64,000 nucleotides of DNA, taken from Dehalococcoidia bacterium. GTDB lineage: Bacteria; Chloroflexota; Dehalococcoidia; JAUQQI01. Below the pieces are notes generated by a model, which did not search any database, had not been told where the DNA came from, and was given only the letters and a program-made list of their open reading frames with translations. Both the position numbers and the translations under genes were made by a program. How positions within the stretch are numbered: position 1 is the first letter of the stretch; every line of letters begins with the position of its first letter. The stretch lies in assembly GCA_042408785.1 (NCBI GenBank), contig JBHOQU010000124.1, positions 70,482 through 134,481 on the forward strand, read 5' to 3'. Below are positions 9,866 to 19,077 of this stretch, in pieces.

Positions 9866-9905
9866 CTGCTGGGCGGCCGAACGGCCGCCCAGCAGTATTT
9901 CTAAA
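9866..9905 (+). terminator. Rho-independent terminator after the second PPase gene
   Basis: Perfect 14 bp stem CTGCTGGGCGGCCG-aac-CGGCCGCCCAGCAG followed by TATTTCTAAATTT. Confidence 0.7.
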
Positions 9906-10086
9906 TTTCCCACCAGGCCTCCGTTAACCGGCGGGGATTTTCCTTAAGGAGGACCACATCCGGGCCGTCTTAAGGCCGCAGCCTGCCACTGGGCCGGACT
10001 TGGGCCCAGGGATTCCGGGCGTCATGGCCTTGACGGACCGCCCGCACCCGGCTAAACTTGGGGACGGTTTAGCCGGTTTGCGGCGG

Positions 10087-12648
10087 ATGTCTGCGCGGCG
10101 TACTCTGCAGCTGGCCCGGTCCGTAATTCTTCTGGGCCTGCTGTTAGGCCCGCTAATTTTCGGGCCGACCCCGGCCGCCCGGGCCGATGTAAGCCCCCTG
10201 CGCTTCACCGGGTCTGCCTTTGTGGACCCGGCCGGCCGGTCGGTGTTCGTGGTGGGGGCCAATTACGCCGGGCCCACCGACCGGGCCTGGGTTTACTGGG
10301 AAGACGGGCAATTTGACCCGGCCCTGGTGGCGGCCGACTTCGACCGGCTGGCGGCGGCCGGGGTGAAGGCCGTCCGGATTTTCGTCCGGTCGGCCCTGGC
10401 CCGGGACATTCGGGCCGGCCGCTGGTCCAAGCTGGACACGGTGGTAAGCCTGGCGGCCCAGCGAAACCTGCACCTGCTTATTACGTTTAACGACTACCGG
10501 GAAGACGACCTGGCCCGGGAGGCCGCCCTCAATCAGGCCATTGCCGCCCGCTACCGGGGAAATCCGGCGGTGCTCGGCTACGACCTTAAGAACGAGCCCC
10601 ACTTCTACGACCTGGCCGTGGCCATCTACCCCGGGGGACCCCCGCCCCTTCAGACGGATGCCCTCATCCGGGCCTACGGGGAGCGGATTCCCTGGTCCGA
10701 TATCCCCCGCTGGCGGCAGGAAGAGGGCCGGGGCCTGGTGCCCGAGCGGTTCAACGACACCCAGGCTTACTATTACGCTAACAACTACCGGCTCTTCCGG
10801 GAGTTTGCGGCCGAAGCCGCCGCCTGGGTTGCGGCCCGGGACTACGCCGTCTCGGTGGCCGACTACATAATCTCCCCGGATGCGGCCAAATGGCAGCCCC
10901 TCATTCAGGCCCTGGACCAGACCCTGGCCGCCTGGATAGACGCCCGCCTTGGGCCGATAAAACAGGCCGATCCGGAAAAGCCCGTAACCGTCGGCTACAG
11001 CGACCTGATCCTGGCGTCTTTGCCGGCCAATCGGGCCCTCGACTTCATCTCCTGGCACCGGTTCCCGGCGGCCACCGGCGTCAACTTCAGCCGGATGTTC
11101 CAGGCCCTCGAGACCCTCTCCAAAATCTTCCCAGACCGGCCGGTAATCCTCGAAGAGTTCGGGTTTGCCACCTACCAGCTGGACCCGGCCGAAGCCGCCC
11201 TTTACGAGTCGGCCGTTCTGCTCCGCTCCTTCGCCCAGGGCCGACCCGGGGCCTTCAAGTGGCAGGCCAACGACCTCGCCGTCGGGGCTAACCCCATGGA
11301 AAACACCTACGGCCTTTTCAACCCCGACGGCACCCCGAAGCCCAGCGCCCTGGCCTTCAAGGCCGCTTCGGAGTTCATTCGGGCGGTGGGCTCCGCCGGC
11401 TTCCAGTGGTTTGATACGCCCCAGGGGCCGGCCTTCCGGGCGGCCGCCGAGAACGGCTGGGCCCTGGGCCGGGTCCTCAGCCTGCCGGAGGCCGGCATCT
11501 CGGCCGAAAGCCCCGTCCCGGCCGCCCAGCTGTTTATCTGGCGGCCGGCCCCGGACCGTCTCGAGGTCCGGGCCAACGCCCCGACCAGGCTTACCCTGAA
11601 CCTGGCCGGCGGTAAGCTGATCCCCCGCTGGCAGCCCGGCTGGGCGGTGCTGGTTTCGGGTCCGGCAGGCATCAGCCGGGTAAACCCGGCCGGCGGCGTA
11701 ATTCAGCTCGATGTCGAGCCCGGCAAGGCCTACACCATTCGGGCCCAGTCCCCGAACGCGGCCGCCGGGATGGTCGACGCCAAAATCGAGCTGGTCTTCC
11801 CCCACGACCGGGCCGGCCGGCCCCAGCCCGTGGATAAGGCGCCGCTGGTGAACGTTTTGGTCTATCTTTTCGAGGCCGACAGCCTGCAGCCGGTGGCCTG
11901 CAACCTGCCGGTGGAGGTCCGCCTGCGCCGGGCCTCCAACCTGGTGGACGGCGCGGGCAACGCCGTGAACGTGCCGGCCCGTTACCAGAGCCCGCCGGGT
12001 CAGCCGGTCCTCCGGCGGGTGGGGGACAAGGTCTTCCAGGCCTGGGTCTTCAACGACGTACCCGTCGGGTTCTTCGAGACCCCCGGCCTTGACCCGACCC
12101 GCAGCAAGGACTTCTACCTGGTCGAGGTTAAAGGTGTGCCTTACCGGAGCAACGTCTGGGCCCACGGGGCCGACGCCCGAACTTACCTGCCGGCCCAGAG
12201 CCCGGTAACTGCCGGTCCCTTCAGCCAGGCCGAGCCCGTGGTCCAGTTGGTCTGGCCCCACAGCGGCGGTCAGCCGGCCCCTGTAGACCGGGCCACCCAC
12301 GTCAACATCGGGGTCGACCTGACCGACCCGCAGACGGGGGCTTCGGCCCCGGCTAGTTTCCCCAACCGGGTGGCGTTGCTCTGGAGCCTTAATACGGGTA
12401 TTCTTCAGCCCCTCAAGGCGGCCGACGGCGTAATCCAGGTCCAGGATGCGGGCGGGACACCCCACCCCCGCTGGGTCTTTAACAACGTGCCCGTTGAGGC
12501 CGCCCGGGACCCGGTAAACAAGTACTATTTCGTTGCCGCCATTGAGGGCACGGCCGCCCCGGTGGCGGTCTGGGCCCATGGGGCCGACGCCCGAACTTAC
12601 CTGCCCCAGCCAGACATCCCCGACGGCAGCGGCCCGGGCTGTGAATAG
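10087..12648 (+). CDS. Secreted glycoside hydrolase, GH5-like (clan GH-A TIM barrel) with two C-terminal ~125 aa tandem repeat domains
   Basis: Signal peptide MSARRTLQLARSVILLGLLLGPLIFGPTPAARA. LKNEPH (acid/base NEP) and ILEEFGF (nucleophile) motifs. The C-terminal third holds two homologous domains, each ending VWAHGADARTYLP. Confidence 0.7.
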   Translation: MSARRTLQLARSVILLGLLLGPLIFGPTPAARADVSPLRFTGSAFVDPAGRSVFVVGANYAGPTDRAWVYWEDGQFDPALVAADFDRLAAAGVKAVRIFVRSALARDIRAGRWSKLDTVVSLAAQRNLHLLITFNDYREDDLAREAALNQAIAARYRGNPAVLGYDLKNEPHFYDLAVAIYPGGPPPLQTDALIRAYGERIPWSDIPRWRQEEGRGLVPERFNDTQAYYYANNYRLFREFAAEAAAWVAARDYAVSVADYIISPDAAKWQPLIQALDQTLAAWIDARLGPIKQADPEKPVTVGYSDLILASLPANRALDFISWHRFPAATGVNFSRMFQALETLSKIFPDRPVILEEFGFATYQLDPAEAALYESAVLLRSFAQGRPGAFKWQANDLAVGANPMENTYGLFNPDGTPKPSALAFKAASEFIRAVGSAGFQWFDTPQGPAFRAAAENGWALGRVLSLPEAGISAESPVPAAQLFIWRPAPDRLEVRANAPTRLTLNLAGGKLIPRWQPGWAVLVSGPAGISRVNPAGGVIQLDVEPGKAYTIRAQSPNAAAGMVDAKIELVFPHDRAGRPQPVDKAPLVNVLVYLFEADSLQPVACNLPVEVRLRRASNLVDGAGNAVNVPARYQSPPGQPVLRRVGDKVFQAWVFNDVPVGFFETPGLDPTRSKDFYLVEVKGVPYRSNVWAHGADARTYLPAQSPVTAGPFSQAEPVVQLVWPHSGGQPAPVDRATHVNIGVDLTDPQTGASAPASFPNRVALLWSLNTGILQPLKAADGVIQVQDAGGTPHPRWVFNNVPVEAARDPVNKYYFVAAIEGTAAPVAVWAHGADARTYLPQPDIPDGSGPGCE

Positions 12649-14509
12649 GTGGTGGGGTTTATGGGGCCTGCTCCTGCTCGGCCTGGCGATGGTGCCGGGG
12701 CGGGCATCCTGGGGCCAGCCGGCCCTCCAGGCGGTGGATGCCGCCGACCGCTTCGGCTTTGCGTTTATAAACGGCATAGCGGCCGACGGCCGACCCTACG
12801 CCGTAACCGACCTGCGCTACCAGCAGGCCCTGGATGCCGGGGCCCGCTGGACCCGCTGGCCCTTTTACTGGTACACCGTCGAGCGGCAACCCGGCGTCTT
12901 CGATTACTCGGCCGTCGACCAGGTGGTCAACGCCGACCTGGCCCGGGGCTTAAAAATCAACGCCATCCTGATGGGCACCCCAACCTGGGCCGCAACCTCA
13001 ACGGGGGCCGGCATCCAGCAGGTCCCGGGGGGGCGCTATGGGGCGTTCGCCCTGGGCGGGGCCGAAACCAGCCCGCCTAAAAACTTAAACCTGCCCGTCT
13101 TTGCCGACGGCACGGACCTTCCAGGACCCGGCAAGGCGATAAACCCGGAGAACTACTGGGCCAGGTTCGTTTACAACACCGTAAAACGCTACGCCCCCCG
13201 AATCCGGACCTGGGAGGTGTGGAACGAGCCGGACCTGGGGCCGCCCTCCACGTTCCGGTTCTGGTCCGGGAGCCGGGCGGATTACGTCCGGCTGCTTAAA
13301 GTTGCGTACCTGGCGGCCAAGGCCGCCGACCCGGAGGCCCGGGTCCTCTTCGGGGCCCTGGCCTTCTGGACCGACCAGACCTTCTTCCCCGACGTTCTCC
13401 GGATCATCCGGGCCGACCCCCAGGCCCCGGCCAACAACTACTTCTTCGACGCCCTGCCGGTTCACCCGTACATCTCTCCCTACGCCCTGACCTTCCTGGT
13501 GGACACCGTGCGAAACTACCTGGCCGGCTTCCAAATTCCCCCAAAGCCCATCTGGGTAAACGAAACCAACATCCCCGTCTGCGGCGACGATAAGGTGAGC
13601 CCCTACCTGCCCTGCCCCCAGAAGTGGCGGGGCAGCCCCTCGGAGCAGGCGTCCTTTGCCCTGGCGGTGGGGGCCCTGGGTGCGGCCTACGACCTGGAAA
13701 GGCTTTTGATCTTTCAGCTTTACGACGACTACGTCGGCTACCAGGAGTGGTACGGGGTAATCCGGAACGACGCCTCGCCCCGGCCGGCCTACACCGCCTA
13801 CCGGACGGCCGCCCGGTATTTTTCGAATTACGTAACGGCCCGGCGGCGGGAGGAGGGGCCGGCCGACCGGGTAACCCTGGGGGGCGTCCGGCTGGGCGAT
13901 AACTTATACCGGGTGAGCGTGGTTTGGAACCGCTCGGCCGGTCCGGTAACCTACTGGCTTGAGGCGGCCCCGGCCGCCCAGGCCGTCTCGGTCCTGGACA
14001 AATACGGTCAGCCGGCCCCGGTCCTGCAGTCTTTGAGCGGCGGCTACCGCATCAGCCTGCCCCCCGTAGCCAACCCGGACCTGGGCATCGGCGAGCCCTA
14101 CATCGTTCTGGAGCGGGTCCCGCCCGACACCGCCCCGCCGGTGGCCGCCGTAAGCCCGCCGGCCGGTCCGGTGCCCGAGCGGTTCGCCGTCCGCTGGAGC
14201 GGCTCGGACAGCGGCTGGGGCGTAATGGGGTACGACGTGCAGGTTCGGGAAAAGGGCAGCCCTAGCTGGGGCTGGTGGCTGGTGGACACCGGGCTGACGG
14301 CGGCGGAATTTCAGGGGCAGTGGGGCCGCACCTACGAGTTCCGGGTCCGGGCCCGGGACTGGGCCGGCCTGACGGGCGAGTGGAGCCCGGCGGTTGCGTT
14401 TCAGGTGGGGTGTGCGGCGGCCGGGGCCGCCTCCACCCAGGCGGCACCCTTAAGCGGGGGCTTTCGCCTCTTCTTCCCAGTAATCCGCAACGCCTCGCCC
14501 GGGTGTTAA
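12641..14509 (+). CDS. Secreted clan GH-A glycoside hydrolase with C-terminal fibronectin type III-like domain
   Basis: GTG start gives signal peptide MNRWWGLWGLLLLGLAMVPGRASW. VWNEPD motif. C-terminal FN3-like segment (RWSGSDSGWGVMGYDVQVR...YEFRVRARDWAGLTGEWS). Starts 8 nt before the stop of the preceding GH gene. Confidence 0.65.
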   Translation: MNRWWGLWGLLLLGLAMVPGRASWGQPALQAVDAADRFGFAFINGIAADGRPYAVTDLRYQQALDAGARWTRWPFYWYTVERQPGVFDYSAVDQVVNADLARGLKINAILMGTPTWAATSTGAGIQQVPGGRYGAFALGGAETSPPKNLNLPVFADGTDLPGPGKAINPENYWARFVYNTVKRYAPRIRTWEVWNEPDLGPPSTFRFWSGSRADYVRLLKVAYLAAKAADPEARVLFGALAFWTDQTFFPDVLRIIRADPQAPANNYFFDALPVHPYISPYALTFLVDTVRNYLAGFQIPPKPIWVNETNIPVCGDDKVSPYLPCPQKWRGSPSEQASFALAVGALGAAYDLERLLIFQLYDDYVGYQEWYGVIRNDASPRPAYTAYRTAARYFSNYVTARRREEGPADRVTLGGVRLGDNLYRVSVVWNRSAGPVTYWLEAAPAAQAVSVLDKYGQPAPVLQSLSGGYRISLPPVANPDLGIGEPYIVLERVPPDTAPPVAAVSPPAGPVPERFAVRWSGSDSGWGVMGYDVQVREKGSPSWGWWLVDTGLTAAEFQGQWGRTYEFRVRARDWAGLTGEWSPAVAFQVGCAAAGAASTQAAPLSGGFRLFFPVIRNASPGC

Positions 14510-14520
14510 GCGGGGTGGCC

Positions 14521-15123
14521 TCAGCCGGCGGCCGCCGCCGGCCGCAGGTGCTCGGCCAGGACCCGCTTGAGAAACGCCCGGGCCGAACGGACCGACACGG
14601 CCGCCCCGGTGTCGGCCCCGGTCATGATCGTGTTTATGCCGACGACCCGGCCGTCGGCATCCACCAGGGGGCCGCCCGAGTTGCCCGGCCGGAGCCGCAG
14701 GTTAACCAGGACCCACTCCCGCCCGGCCTCGTCGGCGGCCACCCCGGTCACCACCCCAAAGCTTGCGGCCGCCTCAACCCCCCACGGGTACCCCAGGGCC
14801 AGGACCAGGCTTCCGGGGGCCGGCTCATCGGCGGCCAGCTCCAGGGCCGGCAAGCCGCCGGCCCTAACCAGGAGGGCGGCCAGGTCGCCGGTCGGGTCCC
14901 GGCCCAGAACCTTGGCGGGGAGCTGCCGGCCATCGGCCAGCCGCACCCAGATGGGCTCGCCCCGGACGACGTGGGCGTTGGTGAGAATCAGGCCCTCGGG
15001 ATGGACGATGATCCCCGAGCCGACCCCGAAGACCCCCCGAACCCCAACCCGGACCAGGGCGGCCCGGGCGGCGGCGGCCAGGTCCGCTAGTTCGCCGTTA
15101 AGCTCCAGCAAGAACTTTGTCAT
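14521..15123 (-). CDS. Trypsin-like serine protease (S1C/HtrA-type catalytic domain only, no PDZ)
   Basis: Catalytic motifs TNAHVV (His), an Asp, and GNSGGPLV (Ser). 200 aa, so there is no room for a PDZ domain. Confidence 0.8.
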   Translation of the reverse strand: MTKFLLELNGELADLAAAARAALVRVGVRGVFGVGSGIIVHPEGLILTNAHVVRGEPIWVRLADGRQLPAKVLGRDPTGDLAALLVRAGGLPALELAADEPAPGSLVLALGYPWGVEAAASFGVVTGVAADEAGREWVLVNLRLRPGNSGGPLVDADGRVVGINTIMTGADTGAAVSVRSARAFLKRVLAEHLRPAAAAG

Positions 15124-15135
15124 CGCCGCCTCCGG

Positions 15136-16032
15136 CTAAGACCTTTCGGCCGGTATCACGGTAAGTTCGGCCGGCTGGCCGCCCCGCAGCACCCGCAGGG
15201 TGAGGGGTTGGCCGATGCGGTCGGCCGTGAGCTGGGCCAGCAGTTCGTCGGGCCGGCTCACCGGCTGGTCTCCGACGGCGATGATGACGTCGCCGACGGT
15301 GAGGCCGGCCCGGTCGGCCGGACTACCCGTCTCCACCGAGACCACGATGAGGCCCATCGCCCGCCCGACCCGCTCCCGAACGGCGTCTGGCAGGCGCACC
15401 GGCTGGGAGGCGATCCCCAGGTAGGCCCGCCGGATCCGGCCGTGGGCGAGGAGGGTCTCCACCACCCGGCTGAGGGTGTTGGTCGGTACGGCCACGCTTA
15501 CGCCCCGGGCCAGGGCCGAGGTGTTCAGGCCGACAACGGAGCCGTCGGCGCCCACCAGGGCCCCGCCCGAGAAGCCCGGGTACATGGCCACGTCGGTCTG
15601 CAGGTAGTTATCGAGCTGGCCGCCGGGCAGGGCCCGCCAGGATCCACCGAGGGCGCTGACGATCCCGAGGGTTGCCTGGAGCTCGCGGCCCGGCCGGGCC
15701 ACGGCCACGACGATGTGGCCCACCCGCAGGTTTTCCACGCCCCCGATCCGGGCCGGCTTAAGGCCTGACGCCTCGGACCGGAGAACGGCCAGGTCGGTGG
15801 AGGGGTCCCGGCCGACCAGCCGGGCCCCGACCGTCCGGCCGTCGGGCAGGCCCACCTCGATCCGGTCTTCCCGCTCGATGACGTGGTCGGCGGTGACGAT
15901 AACCCCGTCGGCGGACCAGATGATGCCGCTGGCCCCGAAATGGGGCCGGGCACCGACCCGAACAACGCTTTCGCCGGCGGTCCGGACCAGGGCCGCCAGC
16001 TCGTCGGAGAGGGCCTTGATGCGGTCGAACAC
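15136..16032 (-). CDS. HtrA/DegP-family serine protease with C-terminal PDZ domain
   Basis: TADHVI, PGFSGGALV and a PDZ segment (GLIVVSVETGSPADRAGLTVGDVIIAVGDQPV). Confidence 0.85.
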   Translation of the reverse strand: MFDRIKALSDELAALVRTAGESVVRVGARPHFGASGIIWSADGVIVTADHVIEREDRIEVGLPDGRTVGARLVGRDPSTDLAVLRSEASGLKPARIGGVENLRVGHIVVAVARPGRELQATLGIVSALGGSWRALPGGQLDNYLQTDVAMYPGFSGGALVGADGSVVGLNTSALARGVSVAVPTNTLSRVVETLLAHGRIRRAYLGIASQPVRLPDAVRERVGRAMGLIVVSVETGSPADRAGLTVGDVIIAVGDQPVSRPDELLAQLTADRIGQPLTLRVLRGGQPAELTVIPAERS

Positions 16033-16126
16033 GGCTTAAAACCTCCTCAGCTTTCTACAAGAAGCTTAAGGCCCGGGCAGGGGTAAAACATCGGTAATTC
16101 GGGTAGGTAGCGGCCCGGAAAAAAGG

Positions 16127-16759
16127 CTAGATGGCAATAAGCCCCAGGCGGGCGGCGATCACCACCGCCTCCGTCCGGCTCCGGGCCCCCAGCTTGGACA
16201 TGATGGTGTTCACGTGGAACTTGACGGTGTGCTCGCTGATGCCGAGCCGGCGGGCAATTTCCTTGTTGGAGAGGCCGTAGGCGATGAGACCCAAAACCTG
16301 CCGCTCCCGGGGGGTTAGGGTTTCGGGAGGTTCCCCGGGCCCGGCGGGCCGCAGAATGCCGGCCGCCGGTAAAAGCTCCGGGTCCAGGACCGACATCCCC
16401 CTGACCGCGGCCAGGAGGCCCAGGACAAGGGTGTCGGCGTCGGCCGTGCGCCCGAGGACTCCCCGGACCCCGGCCCGCAAGGCGGCGGCTGCCGGCTCCG
16501 GCCGCCCGGCCAGAACCACCACCGGCACCCCGGAGGTCGTCAGCTCCAGCAGCGGGTCCAGGTCCGGTTCGGGGGCAGCCCCCAGGTCCCACAGGACCAC
16601 CCGGGCCTGAGGGGCGAAGAGGGCCGCATCCTCCGGGCCGGTCAGGCCGACGATGCTCAGCTCGGGCCGGTCCTCAAGCCTGGCGGCCAGACCGTCCCGA
16701 ACCAGGGGGTCGGCGGCCACGATGAGGACGGCAACGGGCGGGTCTAAAGGGCCGTCCAT
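16127..16759 (-). CDS. NarL/LuxR-family response regulator (atypical receiver domain)
   Basis: C-terminal LuxR HTH (TPRERQVLGLIAYGLSNKEIARRLGISEHTVKFHVNTIMSKLG). N-terminal receiver keeps the phospho-Asp (VVLWDLG) but has AADP instead of DD and lacks the conserved T/S and K. No histidine kinase gene nearby. Confidence 0.85.
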   Translation of the reverse strand: MDGPLDPPVAVLIVAADPLVRDGLAARLEDRPELSIVGLTGPEDAALFAPQARVVLWDLGAAPEPDLDPLLELTTSGVPVVVLAGRPEPAAAALRAGVRGVLGRTADADTLVLGLLAAVRGMSVLDPELLPAAGILRPAGPGEPPETLTPRERQVLGLIAYGLSNKEIARRLGISEHTVKFHVNTIMSKLGARSRTEAVVIAARLGLIAI

Positions 16760-17794
16760 ATGTCGCCTAAATCCGTTATACTTCCGGTGGGATCAGAGAT
16801 GAAAGCCGGCACCGGACTCAGGCCCAGGCTCTGGCTTCTGGCCCTCTACACCGTGCCCGACGTCGGCGCCCTCCGGGAGGCCGACTTCATCGCCCGGTGG
16901 CTCATCATGGGTCGGGCGGCCGTGCTGGTGATGACGGCCGTCTCGGCCCTCCTGGGCGGCCTTTTCGCCCAGCTTTCGGGGGTCTTTGAGCCCGTCCGAT
17001 TCCTGGCGGCCACCTGCGGCCTGCTCCTGGCCCACTTTGCCAGCAACCTGGCCAACGACTATTTTGATTTCATTCAGGGCAAGGATACCCCCGACTCGCC
17101 CCGGGTCCGGTACGGTCCCCACCCCCTGGCCCACCACGGGGCGTCCCCCGCCGGCCTGCTCCGGGCCACTGCCCTCAGCCTGGCCGGGGCCGCCCTGGCG
17201 GGACTTTATTTAACCTGGGCGGCCGGACCGGGGGTGCTGGTCTTCGCCCTGCTGGGCCTGCTCATTCTGCTGGCCTATACGGGGGGACCCCTGCCCTTAA
17301 AGTACGTCGGCCTGGGGGAGCTGGCCGTCCTGGTGGTGTGGGGTCCCCTGATGGTCGGGGGCACCTATTACAGCCAGGCGGGCTTCGTCCCGGCCTGGGT
17401 CTTCTTCGGGTCTTTGCCCTACGCCCTGGGGGTTACCACCGTCCTGCTGGGCAAGCACCTTGATAAGGTCGATTTCGACCGGGGTCGGCGGGTCCGGACG
17501 CTGCCGGTAATTCTGGGGGAGGCCGGGGCCCGGCGGCTGACCCAGGGGCTTATCGTCTTAATGTACGTTACCGCCGCTGGGGTGGCCTTCTGGCAGGGGT
17601 TTCCGGGGATGCTGACCGTTTTGCTTAACCTGGGCGGGGCCTTTAAGACCTTAAAGTTTTTAAAACAGCCGAAGCCGCCCGACCGGCCCCTCTGGTACGT
17701 GGGGGGCACCTTCCTGCACAACCGCCGTTTCGGCCTCCTGCTCGTCGGCGGCCTGCTGGCCGAGGTCGCCGTCCGGCTCTTTCTGGGCCCTTAG
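16760..17794 (+). CDS. UbiA-family aromatic prenyltransferase (MenA-like)
   Basis: Polytopic membrane protein with NLANDYFDFIQGKD Asp-rich motif. The true start may be at M16799. Confidence 0.75.
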   Translation: MSPKSVILPVGSEMKAGTGLRPRLWLLALYTVPDVGALREADFIARWLIMGRAAVLVMTAVSALLGGLFAQLSGVFEPVRFLAATCGLLLAHFASNLANDYFDFIQGKDTPDSPRVRYGPHPLAHHGASPAGLLRATALSLAGAALAGLYLTWAAGPGVLVFALLGLLILLAYTGGPLPLKYVGLGELAVLVVWGPLMVGGTYYSQAGFVPAWVFFGSLPYALGVTTVLLGKHLDKVDFDRGRRVRTLPVILGEAGARRLTQGLIVLMYVTAAGVAFWQGFPGMLTVLLNLGGAFKTLKFLKQPKPPDRPLWYVGGTFLHNRRFGLLLVGGLLAEVAVRLFLGP

Positions 17795-19077
17795 CCGACC
17801 CGGTAGGCGGCCAGGCGGCTGGCCAGGTGGTGGGGAACCCGTCCTGCCAGCCAGGTACCCTTTGCCGTGTAGCGTTCGGCCCGGATATTCCCCTGCCGGC
17901 GGACGAGCTCTACCACCCCGGTGGCCTCATAAGGGATCTCCAGTTCGACGTCCACCATCGGCTGGGTGAGGGCATCCTGGATGCGGCGGCGCAGCTCGTC
18001 CAGGCCCCAGCCGGTGGTGGCCGACGTAAGGACCACCCCCGCCGGGTCGAGGCGGAGCCGGCGGGCGAGCTCGGTCCGCCGGCCGAGGCCGGTGGGGCCG
18101 GGCAGGCGGTCCACCTTGTTAAGGACGGTGAGCACCGGCTTCTCGTCCAGGTTCAGGTCGGCCAGGGTTTCCAGCACCACCTCCACCTGCCGGGCGGCGT
18201 TGGGGTGGGAGACATCCACCACGTGCAGGAGCAGGTCGGCCTCCGCCAGCTCCTCCAGGGTCGCCCGGAAGGCGGCCACCACCGTCGGGGGCAGCTTCTG
18301 GATGAAGCCGACGGTGTCGGTTAGAAGCACCTCCTGCCGCCCGGGTAGCACCAGCCGGCGGGTGGTGGGGTCCAGGGTGGCAAAGAGCTTGTCCTCGGCC
18401 GGCACCCCGGCCCCGGTCAGGGCATTGAGGATGGTGGACTTGCCGGCGTTGGTGTAGCCCACCAGGGCCACCACCTGGGTGCCGCTGCGCTTGCGCCGGC
18501 GGCGGTAGAGGGCCCGGTGCTGGCGGACGGCCTCCAGCTCCCGGCGCAGGCGGGCGATGCGGTCCCGGATGAGGCGGCGGTCCGTCTCCAGCTGGCTCTC
18601 ACCCGGACCCCGGGTGCCGATGCCGCCGCCCAGCCGCTCCAGGTGGGACCACTGGCCGGCCAGGCGGGGCAGCAGGTACTCGTGCTGGGCCAGCTCCACC
18701 TGAAGCTGCCCCTCACGGGTCCGGGCCCGCCGGGCGAAGATGTCCAGGATGAGGACCGTCCGGTCGATGACCTTGGCCTGAATGGCGTTTTCCAGGTTCC
18801 GCTGCTGGCTGGGGCTAAGCTCGTCGTCGAAGATGACCAGGTTCGCCCCGAGGGCCCGCCGCAGGTCGGCAACCTCCTGGGCCTTTCCCCGGCCGATGTA
18901 AAAGGCGGGGTTTGGGGCCTCCAGCCGCTGCCGGACCACGGCCACTACCTCCGCTCCGGCGGTCCGGGTGAGCTGGGCCAGCTCGGCCAACGAATCATCG
19001 AGGGGCCAGCCGTTCTGGCGGCCAATGAGCTCAACGCCGACTAAAATTGCCTTTTCAACCGCAGTCATCTCACTCAC
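17791..19077 (-). CDS. hflX: GTPase HflX
   Basis: HflX N-domain plus G-domain (GYTNAGKSTILNALTG, DTVGF, NKVD). Confidence 0.9.
   Translation of the reverse strand: MSEMTAVEKAILVGVELIGRQNGWPLDDSLAELAQLTRTAGAEVVAVVRQRLEAPNPAFYIGRGKAQEVADLRRALGANLVIFDDELSPSQQRNLENAIQAKVIDRTVLILDIFARRARTREGQLQVELAQHEYLLPRLAGQWSHLERLGGGIGTRGPGESQLETDRRLIRDRIARLRRELEAVRQHRALYRRRRKRSGTQVVALVGYTNAGKSTILNALTGAGVPAEDKLFATLDPTTRRLVLPGRQEVLLTDTVGFIQKLPPTVVAAFRATLEELAEADLLLHVVDVSHPNAARQVEVVLETLADLNLDEKPVLTVLNKVDRLPGPTGLGRRTELARRLRLDPAGVVLTSATTGWGLDELRRRIQDALTQPMVDVELEIPYEATGVVELVRRQGNIRAERYTAKGTWLAGRVPHHLASRLAAYRVG

Noticed and set aside
16033-16126. Apparent palindrome around AAGCTT between the RR and htrA
   Set aside because: On checking, CTTTCTACAAGAAG is not self-complementary; only the HindIII hexamer is. 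It is an AT-rich promoter-like region but no supported operator.
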